A stretch of DNA of 64,000 bases from Utricularia gibba (lineage: Eukaryota > Plantae > Magnoliophyta), in the NCBI GenBank assembly GCA_002189035.1, contig CM007991.1, forward strand, positions 4,960,001 through 5,024,000. The letters are read 5' to 3'. Position 1 is the stretch's first letter. Each line of letters starts with the position of its first letter. The notes under the pieces are model-generated. The model was not told the origin of the DNA, did not search any database, and saw only the letters and a program-made list of their open reading frames with translations. The translations under genes were made by a program, and so were the position numbers. Positions 1 through 12,758 of the stretch are shown here, in pieces.

Positions 1-115
1 TTAGCATTTGGGGAGGTATGCCTTAGTCTTAGACTCTGACCTTTTTATTCTCTTATTCATTGTTTTTTTTCTTAGTTCAATGCATTGAATATTCATAATA
101 ATTTCCTATTCCTAG

Positions 116-2394
116 GTAATTCCTCAAGCCATATGCACTAGATACGGTCTTTCTGTTGGTGCTAACTTTGTGTGGCTTGTTCGCGTCCTGATGATCATTT
201 GTTATCCTATTTCTTATCCAATAGGCAAGGTAATCTATACAATTGAAAGCGAAGTAAAAACTTTGAATTTATGTCAATGTTGCTTAAACATATGTATATA
301 GATACTGGATTGTGCCCTTGGACATAATGAAGCACTGTTCAGGCGTGCACAGTTGAAAGCTCTCGTTTCTATCCATGGCCAGGAGGTAAATATTTCGACA
401 TTATTAGGAACTCATGGAAATCTATGTTTTTGTCGATCGCTTTTTAGACATCTAGGATATGCGCACTGGAGCCTCCCAAAAGTTTCACTCCTTGAGCAGC
501 TGAGTATATTTGTGGTTTTTAGGCTGGTAAAGGCGGTGAACTCACACATGATGAAACAACCATTATTAGTGGTGCCTTAGATCTGACAGAAAAGGTATTT
601 TTAACTACGCAGGTCTACTATATCGTTTCATTTTACAAATATATAGTAAATATTTTAAAGCTTTTGTATTATCCAAGACATGGCTTAGTTTTTCCGTGAA
701 GCCACTTAGGTTTCCTATCATGCTCCTAGGTTTGACTCAGCCTCCTAAGACTTTCCTTGTTATGAGGAACACCACCTGATTCATAGGGCATTTTTCATCT
801 TGGAACTTTAGTATTGCTTACAGCTTTGTGCAACTATATTATGTGATATTTAATAACAGATTCTGTTTCCTGAACTCCTAAGATGGCAATTAATTATCTA
901 GATTCTGCATTTCCCCTCACTTGTAAACCTCCATGTTCTAATAGACAGCTGAGGAAGCCATGACACCAATTGAGTCAACTTTTTCTCTTGACGTGAATTC
1001 AAAGTTAGATTGGTATGTGCATTTTCTTGAGATTTGAAGTTGTTCAGTCATTTTTTCTTTTTTTTATTAAACATTGCAAGTACAAATATAGTAGACTCAT
1101 GAGCCATTTTCTTTGCTAATTTCAGGGAAGCAATGGGTAAGATTTTGGCTCGTGGCCACAGCCGTGTTCCAGTCTATTCTGGAAATCCAAAGAACATAAT
1201 TGGTCTTTTATTGGTAAACTCTGTGAAATAGGATGCTGTGTCAAATAATCATTGTTGGTATTAAAACCTTAGATGAATGCTGCATACTAGGTAAAGAGCC
1301 TGCTCACTGTGAGGCCAGAAACTGAAACCCCAGTTAGTGCTGTATCTATACGAAGAATTCCACGGTATGGTGGTCATATTCCTCGTCAAATTTTGGATTT
1401 TGAAGGGCTTGATTACACTTTCAGTTCTCAGTGTTCCTGCAGATATGCCTCTCTACGACATCCTTAATGAGTTCCAAAAGGGTAGCAGCCATATGGCAGC
1501 TGTTGTAAAGGCCAAACGCCTGTATAAAATACATTCATATATTGAGGAGAAGGTTGAAGAGACCGAGGATGCGAATAGCAGTTCAGAATTGACTATTCCA
1601 TTGATATCCAAGGAAGTTCAGAATGCAGAAAGCATCATTGACGTCGAGAAGCCTGCAAGATCCCCTCCTAAAATTAGCTTGGCGTACAGTGATGCAGCCA
1701 TAAATGGATTGGCTGGGTTTGATGATTCTGAAGATGGTGAAGTTATTGGCATTATCACACTAGAGGATGTATTTGAAGAACTTTTGCAGGTAAAGCCTTA
1801 GTCCTAGTCCTAATAATAAACATATACGTGAACCCCTTTATTTTATTCGCTCAGTTGTCAATGTTTTGGTCTGCAAATCTTAAATCAGGAGGAAATTGTC
1901 GACGAAACAGATGAGTTTGTTGACGTGCACAAAAGGTACCTTAGATTTCGGTAGACCCTTTGAAATTTATATAAAGCGTATGGTGGAGTTTGTGAAAATT
2001 TTCTTTTATACTACAGGATACGGGTGGCAGCAGCTGCAGCTGCTTCATCTGTTGCCCGAGCTCCATCTCTACGGAGGTTATCTGGTCAGAAAGGAGCTGT
2101 AAGCAAAGTATTATTGAGAAAAAGGATCATTTTTTCCCCAGAATTTTTTCCCTTTAGATCTCATTTACCTTGACCTCTGGTCTTTATTGTTGCTTTGTGA
2201 TGAGAAAGAAGAAATGCCACTGCTGAGGATAATAAGCCTACTCTGATTTTTTTTTTCTTTTTTTTTTTGTGGCTGAAACCGCTCAGGGAGGACAGCACAA
2301 GCATGGTCTTCTGCCAAAGAAGCATGGGGACGATGACTCTGCTGCAAAATTGCGAAGCAATTATAGCAACGAGGTTTATGGAAACAAAAGATGA
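116..2394 (+). CDS. DUF21 + CBS-domain (CNNM-like) membrane protein, 3' part; the 5' exons lie left of the window
   Basis: Ten GT-AG-bounded exons join in frame: 116-229, 302-385, 523-594, 945-1012, 1126-1213, 1291-1364, 1432-1789, 1889-1935, 2017-2098, 2287-2394 (1095 nt, ends TGA). They translate to [105 protein letters not shown], all recalled as hallmark motifs of plant DUF21/CBS proteins (Arabidopsis At4g14240-like). Confidence 0.93.
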
Positions 2395-2844
2395 AGTAGC
2401 GGGTACTTGAAGCATTTAGCAGAACCTCCACCCTTCCAAATGAGTTGTGTGACATCTGTGAATGGCCAGTAGGAGTTTCTTTTCAAAATAAAATAAGTAG
2501 AGCGTTCTCTATTCTTCCACACAACAATCTGCATTGGGTCACTATGGTTTTCGAGAGAATTTGATCAAGTTCCCCAATGAGTGCCCTTAACTAATCCAGA
2601 CTTGCATGCAGAACTAAAGTGTTGGGCTGGGGTTTCTTGAGAGCAACACAATTTTGTGTGGCGCCAGATGAATATGTCTCGCTTGAGTCAGTAGGAGAGT
2701 GCAGCAGGCATTGCAGAGAACTCGTCTCTCTTCATTTCCATTGCCTGCATTTTTGGACTCAGGTGTTGGATAGGACACGACCAACTGTAAATTACAAAAC
2801 CTTCTAAAATCTCTCTGTCGGTTGGTACTTAATTCCCCGCACTG

Positions 2845-3480
2845 TCAAGACTTCCCCCATTCCAAAAAATATTTATAAATTAAACAAGTGCTCTACATCA
2901 CATTCACATAGAAAATATATAGTAATCGCAAGTCCAAATTAGTCCATATGGATCAAACGATTTTCAGTTGTAAGTCTTACGTGTAAACAGGATTAAATAG
3001 GGGATTTTTGACATGAAGTATGTTTCTAATCAAAAGAAATTAGTAAAAATTCATAAGATGACTTCTACACTAAAAGCATACAATTAAATGAGTAGATCAA
3101 TATTTCTAGAAATTTAGAAGTAAATATTTCACTTAATCTGAAAATTAATCATGTTTAAAGGTGACTTAAATACTCTCATGTCACTATTCCGATTCATGCA
3201 TGAAAATAGTAAAGAAAATAACAAAGAAAGCAAGTTCAGGTAAAGCATACATTGCAATGAGTTAACATTCAAACATAAAATGGGAAAATGCAGAAAGTAA
3301 AAATGTTTGGTCAAGTCTCCAAGTTAGCCAAGACTCAACTTGACTATGGAAGGAGGGTTTAGTCTCAGGTGATCAATATTAGCCAAACATATTCTACTAA
3401 CATACTTTCTTGGAAAATGCAGAAAGTAAAAATTCAAAGTTAACTGACACTACGGAAGGAATAAGCTTAATTGTTTGATA
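2845..3480. mobile_element. LTR-like repeat, 'family B', copy 1 (boundaries approximate)
   Basis: Aligns by eye with 5877-6270 and 46260-46700 (shared blocks such as aaacgattttcagttg, tagtaaaaattcata, tgacttcta, ccgattcatgcatgaaa, aaagaaagcaagttcagg). Termini not resolved. Confidence 0.6.
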
Positions 3481-3568
3481 AGGGATTTTTCCATAGGCAA
3501 CACTTGCACTATGAATATCGATATCCTATCAGATCTAGTCGAATGCTGGTTGAATTCCTAATTGACCC

Positions 3569-4839
3569 TGAATGCTGGTCGAATTCCTCAGGTGCTAGTA
3601 GAGAAAAACGCCCCCTTGTGGATCAGTCTAAGAGAGCACGAAGACCTTGGAGCAGATCTCAAGATCTAAATCTTTTTGATAGATATATGGTAACATATCA
3701 AATCATATCTCCGTAAAGATCTTATCTTGTGGAGATATGTATATGTTCCAAATCTTATCTATATATGATCTTTTATTTTGAGTTTAATCAATATTAATCT
3801 CAAAATAACTCTCAATTTAATTTATCCACTTTACCAATTACATCTCATGTAATTGTGTCATTCTATATTATATCGTTGAGTGACTCCACTATTGTGTGTG
3901 ACCCTATAGGCTTCTTCAATCAAGTCCATAATAATGGATTTATTAATTAACTCTTAATTAATCAAATCCATCATTATCGATCATGAGTGATGTCTAGCAA
4001 CATATCATGATCCCCAAGATGTAAGAATAATCAGGTGAAATGATTGAGCCTTTCCATGACCAGCCACCATGCAATGAACAGCTTTCATCATACTTATATC
4101 TCATTCGATACTAGAACATGGGTGTGTGTCTAGCAACATATGCATTCAAGCACTAACACTCAATGACCTACTCAAACAATTCGAGTGTCATTACCCTGGG
4201 CCCAGGACTTACTGTTAGGCTTTGATGCAATTACTTGAGATATGATCTCATCGCTAACATGAGTGATGAATCCTTTATTGATCAGTCAACTATCTCCAAC
4301 CTTAAGAAGTCGCATCCCTACTCATCTATACTAGGCAAGCCATGGTTAGGCTCTCATTAGTAATGAGCGAAAATGTGAGCTTAAGATGAAGATAACTTTG
4401 TTGACTTCAAGTCTAAGCTTAATTGCACGGCTGTCATATTCGAGATCTTGCTACTGACACTTGGTTAGCTTCCCATAGTAGCATCTCGAAGATGAGTCAT
4501 CCAGTGAATCGATTCTCTAATCGAAACCCTCACATAGGTTCTAGTAATCTCATTACATCAATTGTGAGAACCATTGCCTAAACAATTTAGGGAACTCAAT
4601 GTGTGCCAGCTTATCCGTATTTGTGATATCCTCATTTCACAAATATTCTAGCTAGGGAGTTTTTAACTTGATCATGAGTGCTTGAAGAATCTCACATTAT
4701 GACCTCATCATAATTTCTATAGCACATAGATCAAGTAGAGGATTTTATCAATGATATAAATTTGATCACAATTCAAAGTAAATATCATAAGATAAGATTT
4801 GCCAATGAGTTGATTATCTCTATAACACATACACTAACA
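3569..4839 (-). mobile_element. Ty1/copia Angela-type LTR, copy 1, truncated at its left end
   Basis: Reverse complement starts TGTTAGTGTATGTGTTATAGAG. Near-identical to 11368-12635 and homologous to 41677-43159. Lacks the ~215 bp present at the left of copy 2. Confidence 0.85.
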
Positions 4840-5876
4840 TTAGTTGGGACTAAATCTGCGATTTAGTCCCAACCTTCTAATAGTTTCCTTCGAGCAATGC
4901 AGCACAGGTCGCAATACAAATCTCAAGAAGCCGAATATGAACAGTGTAGTGGCAGAGAAGGTGGCAGAAGTTTAAAAAAGAGTACACACAAAGTCCAAGG
5001 AGGTGAAAAATTGAGATTTTGGACAAAAAAGGAGGGAAGATCTCCCATTGGAAACTCAAGACAAGTTTCTCGAGATTTTTCTGGAGGAAGAAAAAGGAGG
5101 GGACGATGAACCAGAAGAACACAGCTTCTCTTGAGAAATTATTTTCGTTCTTCATGTTTACTGTTCCTAGCTAAGACTAGATTTGGATTTCATGTGTGAA
5201 CGAAGTGTCTTTCCTACTTCTGCTTTATATTGATCGTTGTTATTTAACATTTGTAGTCAGGATGTTGCTTAGGATATGCTATGAAAATGTTTTACTTTTC
5301 ATTGTTATGAGTAGCTAAGCACTTAGAGGGGGTGCCTTGGGGTGAAGAGGGGAGAAACATGCTAATCCATCCTTAGACCTAATAAATCATAAGTCACACT
5401 ACTTCCTTAGCAAACCAAGATAGATCCAAGAGGGGAAGATAGTGAAACCCAACTAACAACCCTAATTAGAGGTAGACCAAAGATTAGGGGGAAAACAAGA
5501 ATCCGGGTAGACCTAGATTTTTGTGTGTTAGTTATATGATTTATGGTTTGTGTAAGCTTGTTTAGTGATAAACATACATCCCCTAGGAGTCCCAAGGCAT
5601 CACCCATTTCATTCTAGAAACAACCGAGCTCCAAAACTTATTACTTTTCTTTACTGTATTTCGTTGTATTTCTGCCTTAGTCCTAATTAAGACCAATTCT
5701 ACCAAGGTGATACTGATTTCATGCATTAACTTTCACATAGCAAGCACCTAGCTCATTGTGTTCAACCCTTGTCCACTATGCTCATAATTGTTTTATGCTT
5801 GAAGGTGTATTAGGTTATAAATTTATTTGATAGGAAAATTTGCATTTAACGACGTTGCATAATTTTTCGTTTATCA
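4840..5876 (+). mobile_element. Athila-type Ty3/gypsy LTR, 'family A', missing its first ~130 bp
   Basis: Reverse-complement homolog of 25616-26790, 49865-51058 and 63470-64000. Ends TCGTTTATCA at 5876. Abuts the Angela LTR on the left and family B sequence (GGGAG...) on the right. Confidence 0.85.
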
Positions 5877-6270
5877 GGGAGTAAACGATTTTCAGTTGCA
5901 AGTCCTATATGTAAGAGGGATTAAATAAGGGTGTTTTTTTTTCGTCAAGTGGGTTTCTATTCTAAAGTAATTAGTAAAAAATTCATAAAATGACTTCTAT
6001 ACTAAAAACAAACAACAAAATGAGTAGATCAGCATTATTGGAAATTAAAAAGTGAACATTTCACTTAATTTGAAAATTAATCATTCTTATGGGTAACTTA
6101 AACACTCTCCGATTCATGCATGAAAGCAATAAAGAAAGCAAGTTCAGGCAAAGTAGACATTCCAATGAGGTAAATATTCAAAGAGAAAACGGGAAAAACA
6201 CTAGCATATTAAGCAAAGTGCAGATAGAAAATGTAGAAAGTACAAATGTGTGCTCAAGTCTCCAAGTCAA
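5877..6270. mobile_element. LTR-like repeat, family B, copy 2 (partial)
   Basis: Collinear similarity to 2950-3330 and 46350-46700. Confidence 0.6.
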
Positions 6271-6749
6271 TTCTATGCATCAGATGCCTGCTTCTTCTCC
6301 TGCAAATTGGTTGTTAAGCCTTTGCTGGGAAGGTTCCTAGTGTTCTGGTGTCATTCTTGGTGATGGAGGTGGTTCCAATGTCACTCTTGAACTGCTTCCT
6401 TTGTCTTCTTCTCAATGGATAGGTCTCTTTCTACAGAGCTGTGAGTGTTGGAGGTAAGTTCCACTATCATGTTGGAACTATTTCTCCTTTGTCTTCTTCG
6501 TGGAAGCTCGTTAAAACTCACCGGAAAATCCTCTTCCATTGTCTGAAATCTCCGTTCTCTCCCTACTCGATCATGTTTGTCCCCTGTTGTGTGCCTTGGG
6601 ATGGCTTTGTTGAGGTGGGTTGTATAAAAAGGCCCAATTTGAGACCATCATATGATGAATGTCTGAATGAGGATCCTCCGGGTACTACCTCGCCTAGAAT
6701 ATGGCACCCCACTATCTTCGATGCACTGTTCTATGAATCTACCAATCCA

Positions 6750-7170
6750 TGTTGTCGCATTGATTGGCTGCGAGTGATGCCAGATGGGGCATCATTTGGT
6801 TTACGTTGTCACCTATCACATCTCAATGCTCTCTATAGAAAATCTGCCAGCTTCTTGTGCCTCGTTGACTGTGTTTGGATGATGCTGACTCGTTTACACG
6901 CTGGGTCAACCAGCGGCTGGAAGGGTGTGCATTCCCATTCACTCTCATCTCTTATTGGGTTAATGCTACTTCGGTACATATTAACCAATGTGGTCACAAC
7001 GTAGTATATCAAGGGCCCATTTCTTGGATTGATATGAAATTTATGAAAGGCCTGCATGTAATAAATCTATTTAAACCATATAAAAAAACGAAGTAACGGA
7101 TACCATATTTTTAGCTTCTGCACATGACGACAAAGGTAACCATCAATGTTCCAAATCCTGTAGGCACACT
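6750..7170 (-). pseudogene. Mutator/MULE transposase C-terminal remnant (SWIM zinc finger and downstream region)
   Basis: Minus strand gives ECAYRIWNIDGYLCRHV (SWIM-like C-x-C...C-x-H), then YYVVTTLVNMYRSSINPIRDESEW (resembles the MULE YY...Y...INPV...W motif) and a degenerate CDR*QRK knuckle. Stops and frameshifts present. Confidence 0.55.
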
Positions 7171-10100
7171 CTCCCGATATTTATGCTACAAAACTTGGAT
7201 TTTATCATGTATTTCTACGTTTTTGTGATTAGCGACAATGTGTCTTTTACTCTTAATTGGGACTAAATCTATGATTTATAGTAGATAAGATTTTCAAGTA
7301 GCGATCAATATGTTTGGATAGACTTAGTCCTATATATGTTGAAAATTGGTAGACTTAAATATAGGGTGATCTAGGAACTTAGGAAACCTAAAACCCAAAA
7401 ATTTCTAAAGGAAGGGAATCAGATAAACTTGTATACCTTTATAACTCTAAGTCATTACATTTGATATATTAGAGTTACTATTTGAATTATATTGTTTGTT
7501 ACTTTTTTACATTTGATACATTATTAGTTTTAACTGCCCCATAAGAATGAGGTAATGATTTAGATCTGAAGAAGGATCCCACTTCTAAACCTATTGAAAC
7601 TCAACTTTGTACTATTTTTTGACTTTTGTTGGATAAATATATTTCAGTTATAAAATTATTGACTCCAGAAATATAATAATGTGGAGAATACCAAAATGCT
7701 TCTCGAAAAATAATTGTCATCGAATTTTGGTAGCCCAGCCTCAATTGGTCCTCCGCTATCTACAACTTAAGATGCTTACCATATAATTCAAGACGAACAA
7801 ATTTATTTAAACTGGATTCTCGTAGAAAATTTAAAGAAGACTTTGTCCATTTTGGGTCTTCTTCTTACATGTCTATCAAGTTGGGAAAAAGGATGATAAA
7901 TAGAAAAAGTTTAATCCACAACACATGTACCCTTTTCTGGTTGTATCTACAACAATTTTCATATTGAATGCACAAACTTCTTTAAAACTTCAGCGTCACC
8001 GAGAACTTAAATCATACCATAATATATGAACATAAAGACCCAATAATGGTATGCAATGATTAGCAAAAAAAGGGGACAGAAGCAGTTTGCTAGACAAAAA
8101 AAAAAAAAAAAAAAACTTTCTATATTGAAAGATCTAACCAAGAATGCTACTTTCTAATATAAGGATTTCACATACCGATCACCAGAAATTTGGAATATAT
8201 TTGTACTAGAGTAAGAGTAACAACATTACTTTCAAATTACATTTGTAGAATTTTTATTTTTAAAAAACAATTTTCGAATAATCTGTAATTCATATTTCTA
8301 TATTATTTTTATTTATAAATTTGTCGTGTGAACTTTAAAAAATAAAATAAAATAATTCAAAAATAAAATTATAATAAATGTAAAATAAAGATTATTGTTG
8401 AAAGTGAATACTTAAATAAAAAATCAATGAGATTCCCTTATTTCTATAAATACAAGAAAATAATTATTAAGTTTTTATTAAATTTTTTTAAATAAAGTTT
8501 TTAGATTTATATGTGTAAAGAACAAAAGTTTGTTTATTTAGTTTTTAAACAAAATGAAATTTTTAATTTTATAGAAAAATCTAAAAAATGAAAAAGAGTA
8601 TTTGTTAAAAAACCAATATTATACCAACATTTGAGTAAAGTTTGATATTTTGCAAAATAAATATATGTTGCACACATAATTTCCCAATAGAGCTATAACA
8701 ACGCACCCTGTGCACCAACGCACTCCCATGCAGACTGCTCCCGTGACTTGCGCTAACGTCCACGACATAGGGAGTTGCCGAGCGCTGGTCTCTGGGAGAC
8801 TAGACTTGGAACTCAACCTAACGCGCCCAAATTGTAACCTCTCAATTACAACATAGACAAGGTAAGGAAGGCGGTTACCTTGTAGCAATCTCCATGATGT
8901 CGAAGCTTTTTTGCTCTCCCGTCGTATTTCACCTTCCTTGTATAACTCACCTGGAGCATCTTCTCCTTCCAAAAATCCATGCCCTGTTGGCCCAATTGGG
9001 CCTTTCCCTCACTTCAATTCATACCAACCCACCCCTCCTCCTTCCACTTGGTTCAACCGCCGCTTGATCTAGGGTTTGATAGTTGTGGGATATTGAATTT
9101 TTTGAATCAAATAAATTTTTGAAATCCTAACACATGAATCTACAATCAAAAGAAAATGTATACTGGCTGGGGTTGAACTCAAGAAGCCTAGTACTTATTA
9201 TGTCTATTATGTACATGAATCTCATGACACACTATGATATACATGAACACAAAGTTATAATTTATGGATTTTTCATTGTTCAAAATCGTCAATAAATGAA
9301 GCAGAGATTTCTCCTGTAAAAAGAATCATCAAAATTCGAACACCTAGTAAAAGTTAGAAAATTTAGAAATTGAACTAAAAAGACAATTTCTAGAGCTTAA
9401 AAGATTTAAGAGGTTTGAAAGGAAAATTCATAACTTCTTGCTCCTATTTCCAAATCAGGAAACTCTTTTTGAAACGTAAGCAATCCTCAAAGAGGTGTAA
9501 AAATCATAGCCAATGAGGACATATAAATCATGAAACATATAGATTGTCATGTAAGCATAGATTTGTATGTAAAATATAAAGAACAAATTGAGAACCCATT
9601 GTCCTGCTTACTCTTGTCCAAATTGACTCCTTCCAAAACCAAAATCTTCGTATACGTCTCTGCTATAACCCTTTGAAATTTTATGATTTTGGCATCACTA
9701 AACAGCTTTTAGCAGATTAAACTCCACAATGGTGCAAATTGTTTACATAATTTCACTCTCAATAAGTTTCCCTTCGTTCCCTCACATTTTTCCTACTTCT
9801 GAATGCTTTTCTTTTACACATATTCTCTTTCAAACCAAAGAAATACATCTCAATCTAGTTAAAACACATGTACTTTTCCAATTGGCCATTGTTGCATTCT
9901 TGTTTTTTTTTTTGTTCTATTTTTTCTCTTTTTTTTTTTCTTTACTCCTCTTTTCCCCATATTTCAATCATAATGCTGAAAATGAGGTATCTCACGAATG
10001 AGACCCGATTAGATGCCAATGGATGTTTCTCAATTGATCAACTCCTATGTGCATTTTATCAACCTCCTCAAAGGGATTAGGTTCCTTTCCATTGCTTCAA

Positions 10101-11153
10101 TGAATTCAATGTCATCCTAAGTGAGTCTCTTCTTTTGGACGACTTTTGATTGAAAGCAACACGCGGAAAACTGTTCAAAATACAAAAGATTAGGAAAATG
10201 GTAAGGCTAAGAAAAAAAAACCTATTCCTATTGAATGCCTTGTTTCCAACTCACAACTTCTTTGCTAGTGCCTTCGTAGTTGCTACCACTGTGGACAAAT
10301 TTTGTTTGGCAATGGAGGTGGTCTTCACGAGGAAGTTCATCTTTTCGCCTAAAAACAAATGCCATAAACAATAGTCAATCTAAAAAAATCATGGGAGGTA
10401 TATTGTACCTTCGCTATGGGGTTGTGAAACCTTTAAGGTACAAGCTAGGAATATGAGGCATCAAAAGAGAATTTTCACTGGGGAATTGAGTTCTCGGAAC
10501 CATTATTGATCTTCAAGAGCCCTTGCTACAAAGCTGATCTTGATTGTATATCTCTATCAAGCTTTCATATTCACTACAACCATTCACTACCTTGAAGGCA
10601 ATGAAACATGAATGTAACCTCATCGAGCATCAATAAAAGAAATTTTTGGCAATTGATCAAGAAGGTCTGAATGAGACTTAGGACTTTTGAGATATTGAGT
10701 TGAGCATCCTTGATGAAGAAAGCATGAGAACCAATATTTCCATCTATTGGTTATATCTTCGTTATCTTTCTTGTTATCCATCAATAATATTAAACCCTAC
10801 CTAACAAGGTATACTTGTTGAGAAAGACCATCAGAGGAGTGAAGGTAGAAATATGGAGTGATAACGATAGGGGAGATAAGGTGGCTGATGTGATGTGTCT
10901 TAATGAGAGTGTCAAAGTCACCCAATAACCCAAGTCATCCAAACTCAAACATGGTATGGCTCAATCTCAATAGAAATTATGGGAATTAGTTATAACTTGT
11001 GAAGAACACATGGAAGGAATATGCATATGTGCATGGAAAGCTGGTCCACCACGAGAATTGCTACTACATGGATGGAATGATGCTGCTTACCGTAATTACT
11101 GTTTTTTATTTCTTTATAAGACCTTATAATGCATGAACAATGTATGGTGAATA

Positions 11154-12635
11154 TGTTGGGTTTCTCGTAGACATCGTGTGTCTCAAAAGCAGCGGAATTT
11201 TAAAAATTTTGAGAAACCCCCAATGCAGATCTTGGAATACGGTATACATCAGACTAAGGTATGCTGAAATACCTTTCAGATGACTCCGTTGTTCACCAAC
11301 CGCCAATAGGAGACGGCCTCTATGGTATCCACACGTGGAGCACTCCGTCGATAACCTTCTCAAAGCTCTTGAATGCTGGTCGAATTCCTCAGGTGCTAGT
11401 AGAGAAAAATGCCCCCTTGTGGATCAGTCTAAGAGAGCACGAAGACCTTGGAGCAGATCTCAAGATCTAAATCTTTTTGATAGATATATGGTAACATATC
11501 AAATCATATCTCTGTAAAGATCTTATCTTGTTGAAATATGTATATGTTCCAAATCTTATCTATATATGATCTTTTATTTTGAGTTTAATCAATATTAATC
11601 TCAAAATAACTCTCAATTTAATTTATCCACTTTACCAATTACATCTCATGTAATTGTGTCATTCTATTTTATGTCGTTGAGTGACTCCACTATTGTGTGT
11701 GACCCTATAGTCTTTTTCAATCAAGGCCGTAATAATGGATTTATTAATTAACTCTTAATTAATCAAATCCATCATTATCGATCATGAGTGATGTCTAGCA
11801 ACATATCATGATCCCCAAGATTAAAGAATAATTAGGTGTACAGATTGAGCCTTTCCATGACCAGCCACCATGCAATGAACAGCTTTCATCATACTTATAT
11901 CTCATTCGATACTAGAACATGGGTGTGTGTCTAGCAACATATGCATTCAAGCACTAACACTCAATGACCTACTCAAACAATTCGAGTGTCATTACCCTGG
12001 GCCCAGGACTTACTTGAGATATGCAATTACTTGAGATATGATCTCATCGCTAACATGAGTGATGAATCCTTTATTGATCAGTCAACTATCTCCAACCTTA
12101 AGAAGTCACATCCCTACTCATCCATACTAGGCAAGCCATGGTTAGGCTCTCATTAGTAATGAGCGAAAATGTGAGCTTAAGATGAAGATAACTTTGTTGA
12201 CTTCAAGTCTAAGCTTAATTGCACGGCTGTCATATTCGAGATCTTGCTACTGACACTTGGTTAGCTTCCCATAGTAGCATCTCGAAGATGAGTCATCCAG
12301 TGAATCGATTCTCTAATCGAAACCCTCACATAGGTTCTAGTAATCTCATTACATCAATTGTGAGAACCATTGCCTAAACAATTTAGGGAACTCAATGTGT
12401 GCCAGCTTATCCGTATTTGTGATATCCTCATTTCACAAATATTATAGCTAGGGAGTTTTTAACTTGATCATGAGTGCTTGAAGAATCTCACATTATGATC
12501 TCATCATAATTTCTATAGCACATAGATCAAGTAGAGGATTTTATCAATGATATAAATTTGATCACAATTCAAAGTAAATATCATAAGATAAGATTTGCCA
12601 ATGAGTTGATTATCTCTATAACACATACACTAACA
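11154..12635 (-). mobile_element. Angela-type solo LTR, copy 2, complete (1482 bp)
   Basis: TG...CA termini with perfect 5-bp TSD GAATA (11149-11153, 12636-12640). The empty site is visible in the host's 3' LTR (ggtgaataacag near 27580). Confidence 0.95.
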
Positions 12636-12758
12636 GAATATCTGTGATTTTCTCTCCCTACGTGCTGATTCTTCAGCCCTTTATTTTTTCCTACTGGTAT
12701 CAGTGTAGTTGTCTATCTTGCAGTTCCTCCTCCTTCCCTTGAAAGCTTCCGCATATTT

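Noticed and set aside
2161-2455. Minus-strand ORFs of 84 and 96 aa
   Set aside because: They are antisense to the last exon (2287-2394) of the DUF21 gene and run through a poly-T intron tract; no independent coding evidence.
5407-5607. Recurrent ORF MGDALGLLGDVC... (also 25885, within 50112-50381, and ~63735)
   Set aside because: It recurs only because it lies in family A LTR copies; lengths and stops differ between copies.
6441-7004. 187-aa plus-strand ORF
   Set aside because: No recognisable motif; the opposite strand carries MULE transposase motifs, so this is probably a shadow ORF.
8096-8114. A19 tract as a possible retrocopy or LINE tail
   Set aside because: No TSD or upstream LINE/SINE/gene homology that I can recognise.
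9070-10810. Possible DNA-transposon or LINE remnants
   Set aside because: Looks TE-like but I found no TIR pair, TSD or convincing protein motif in any frame.
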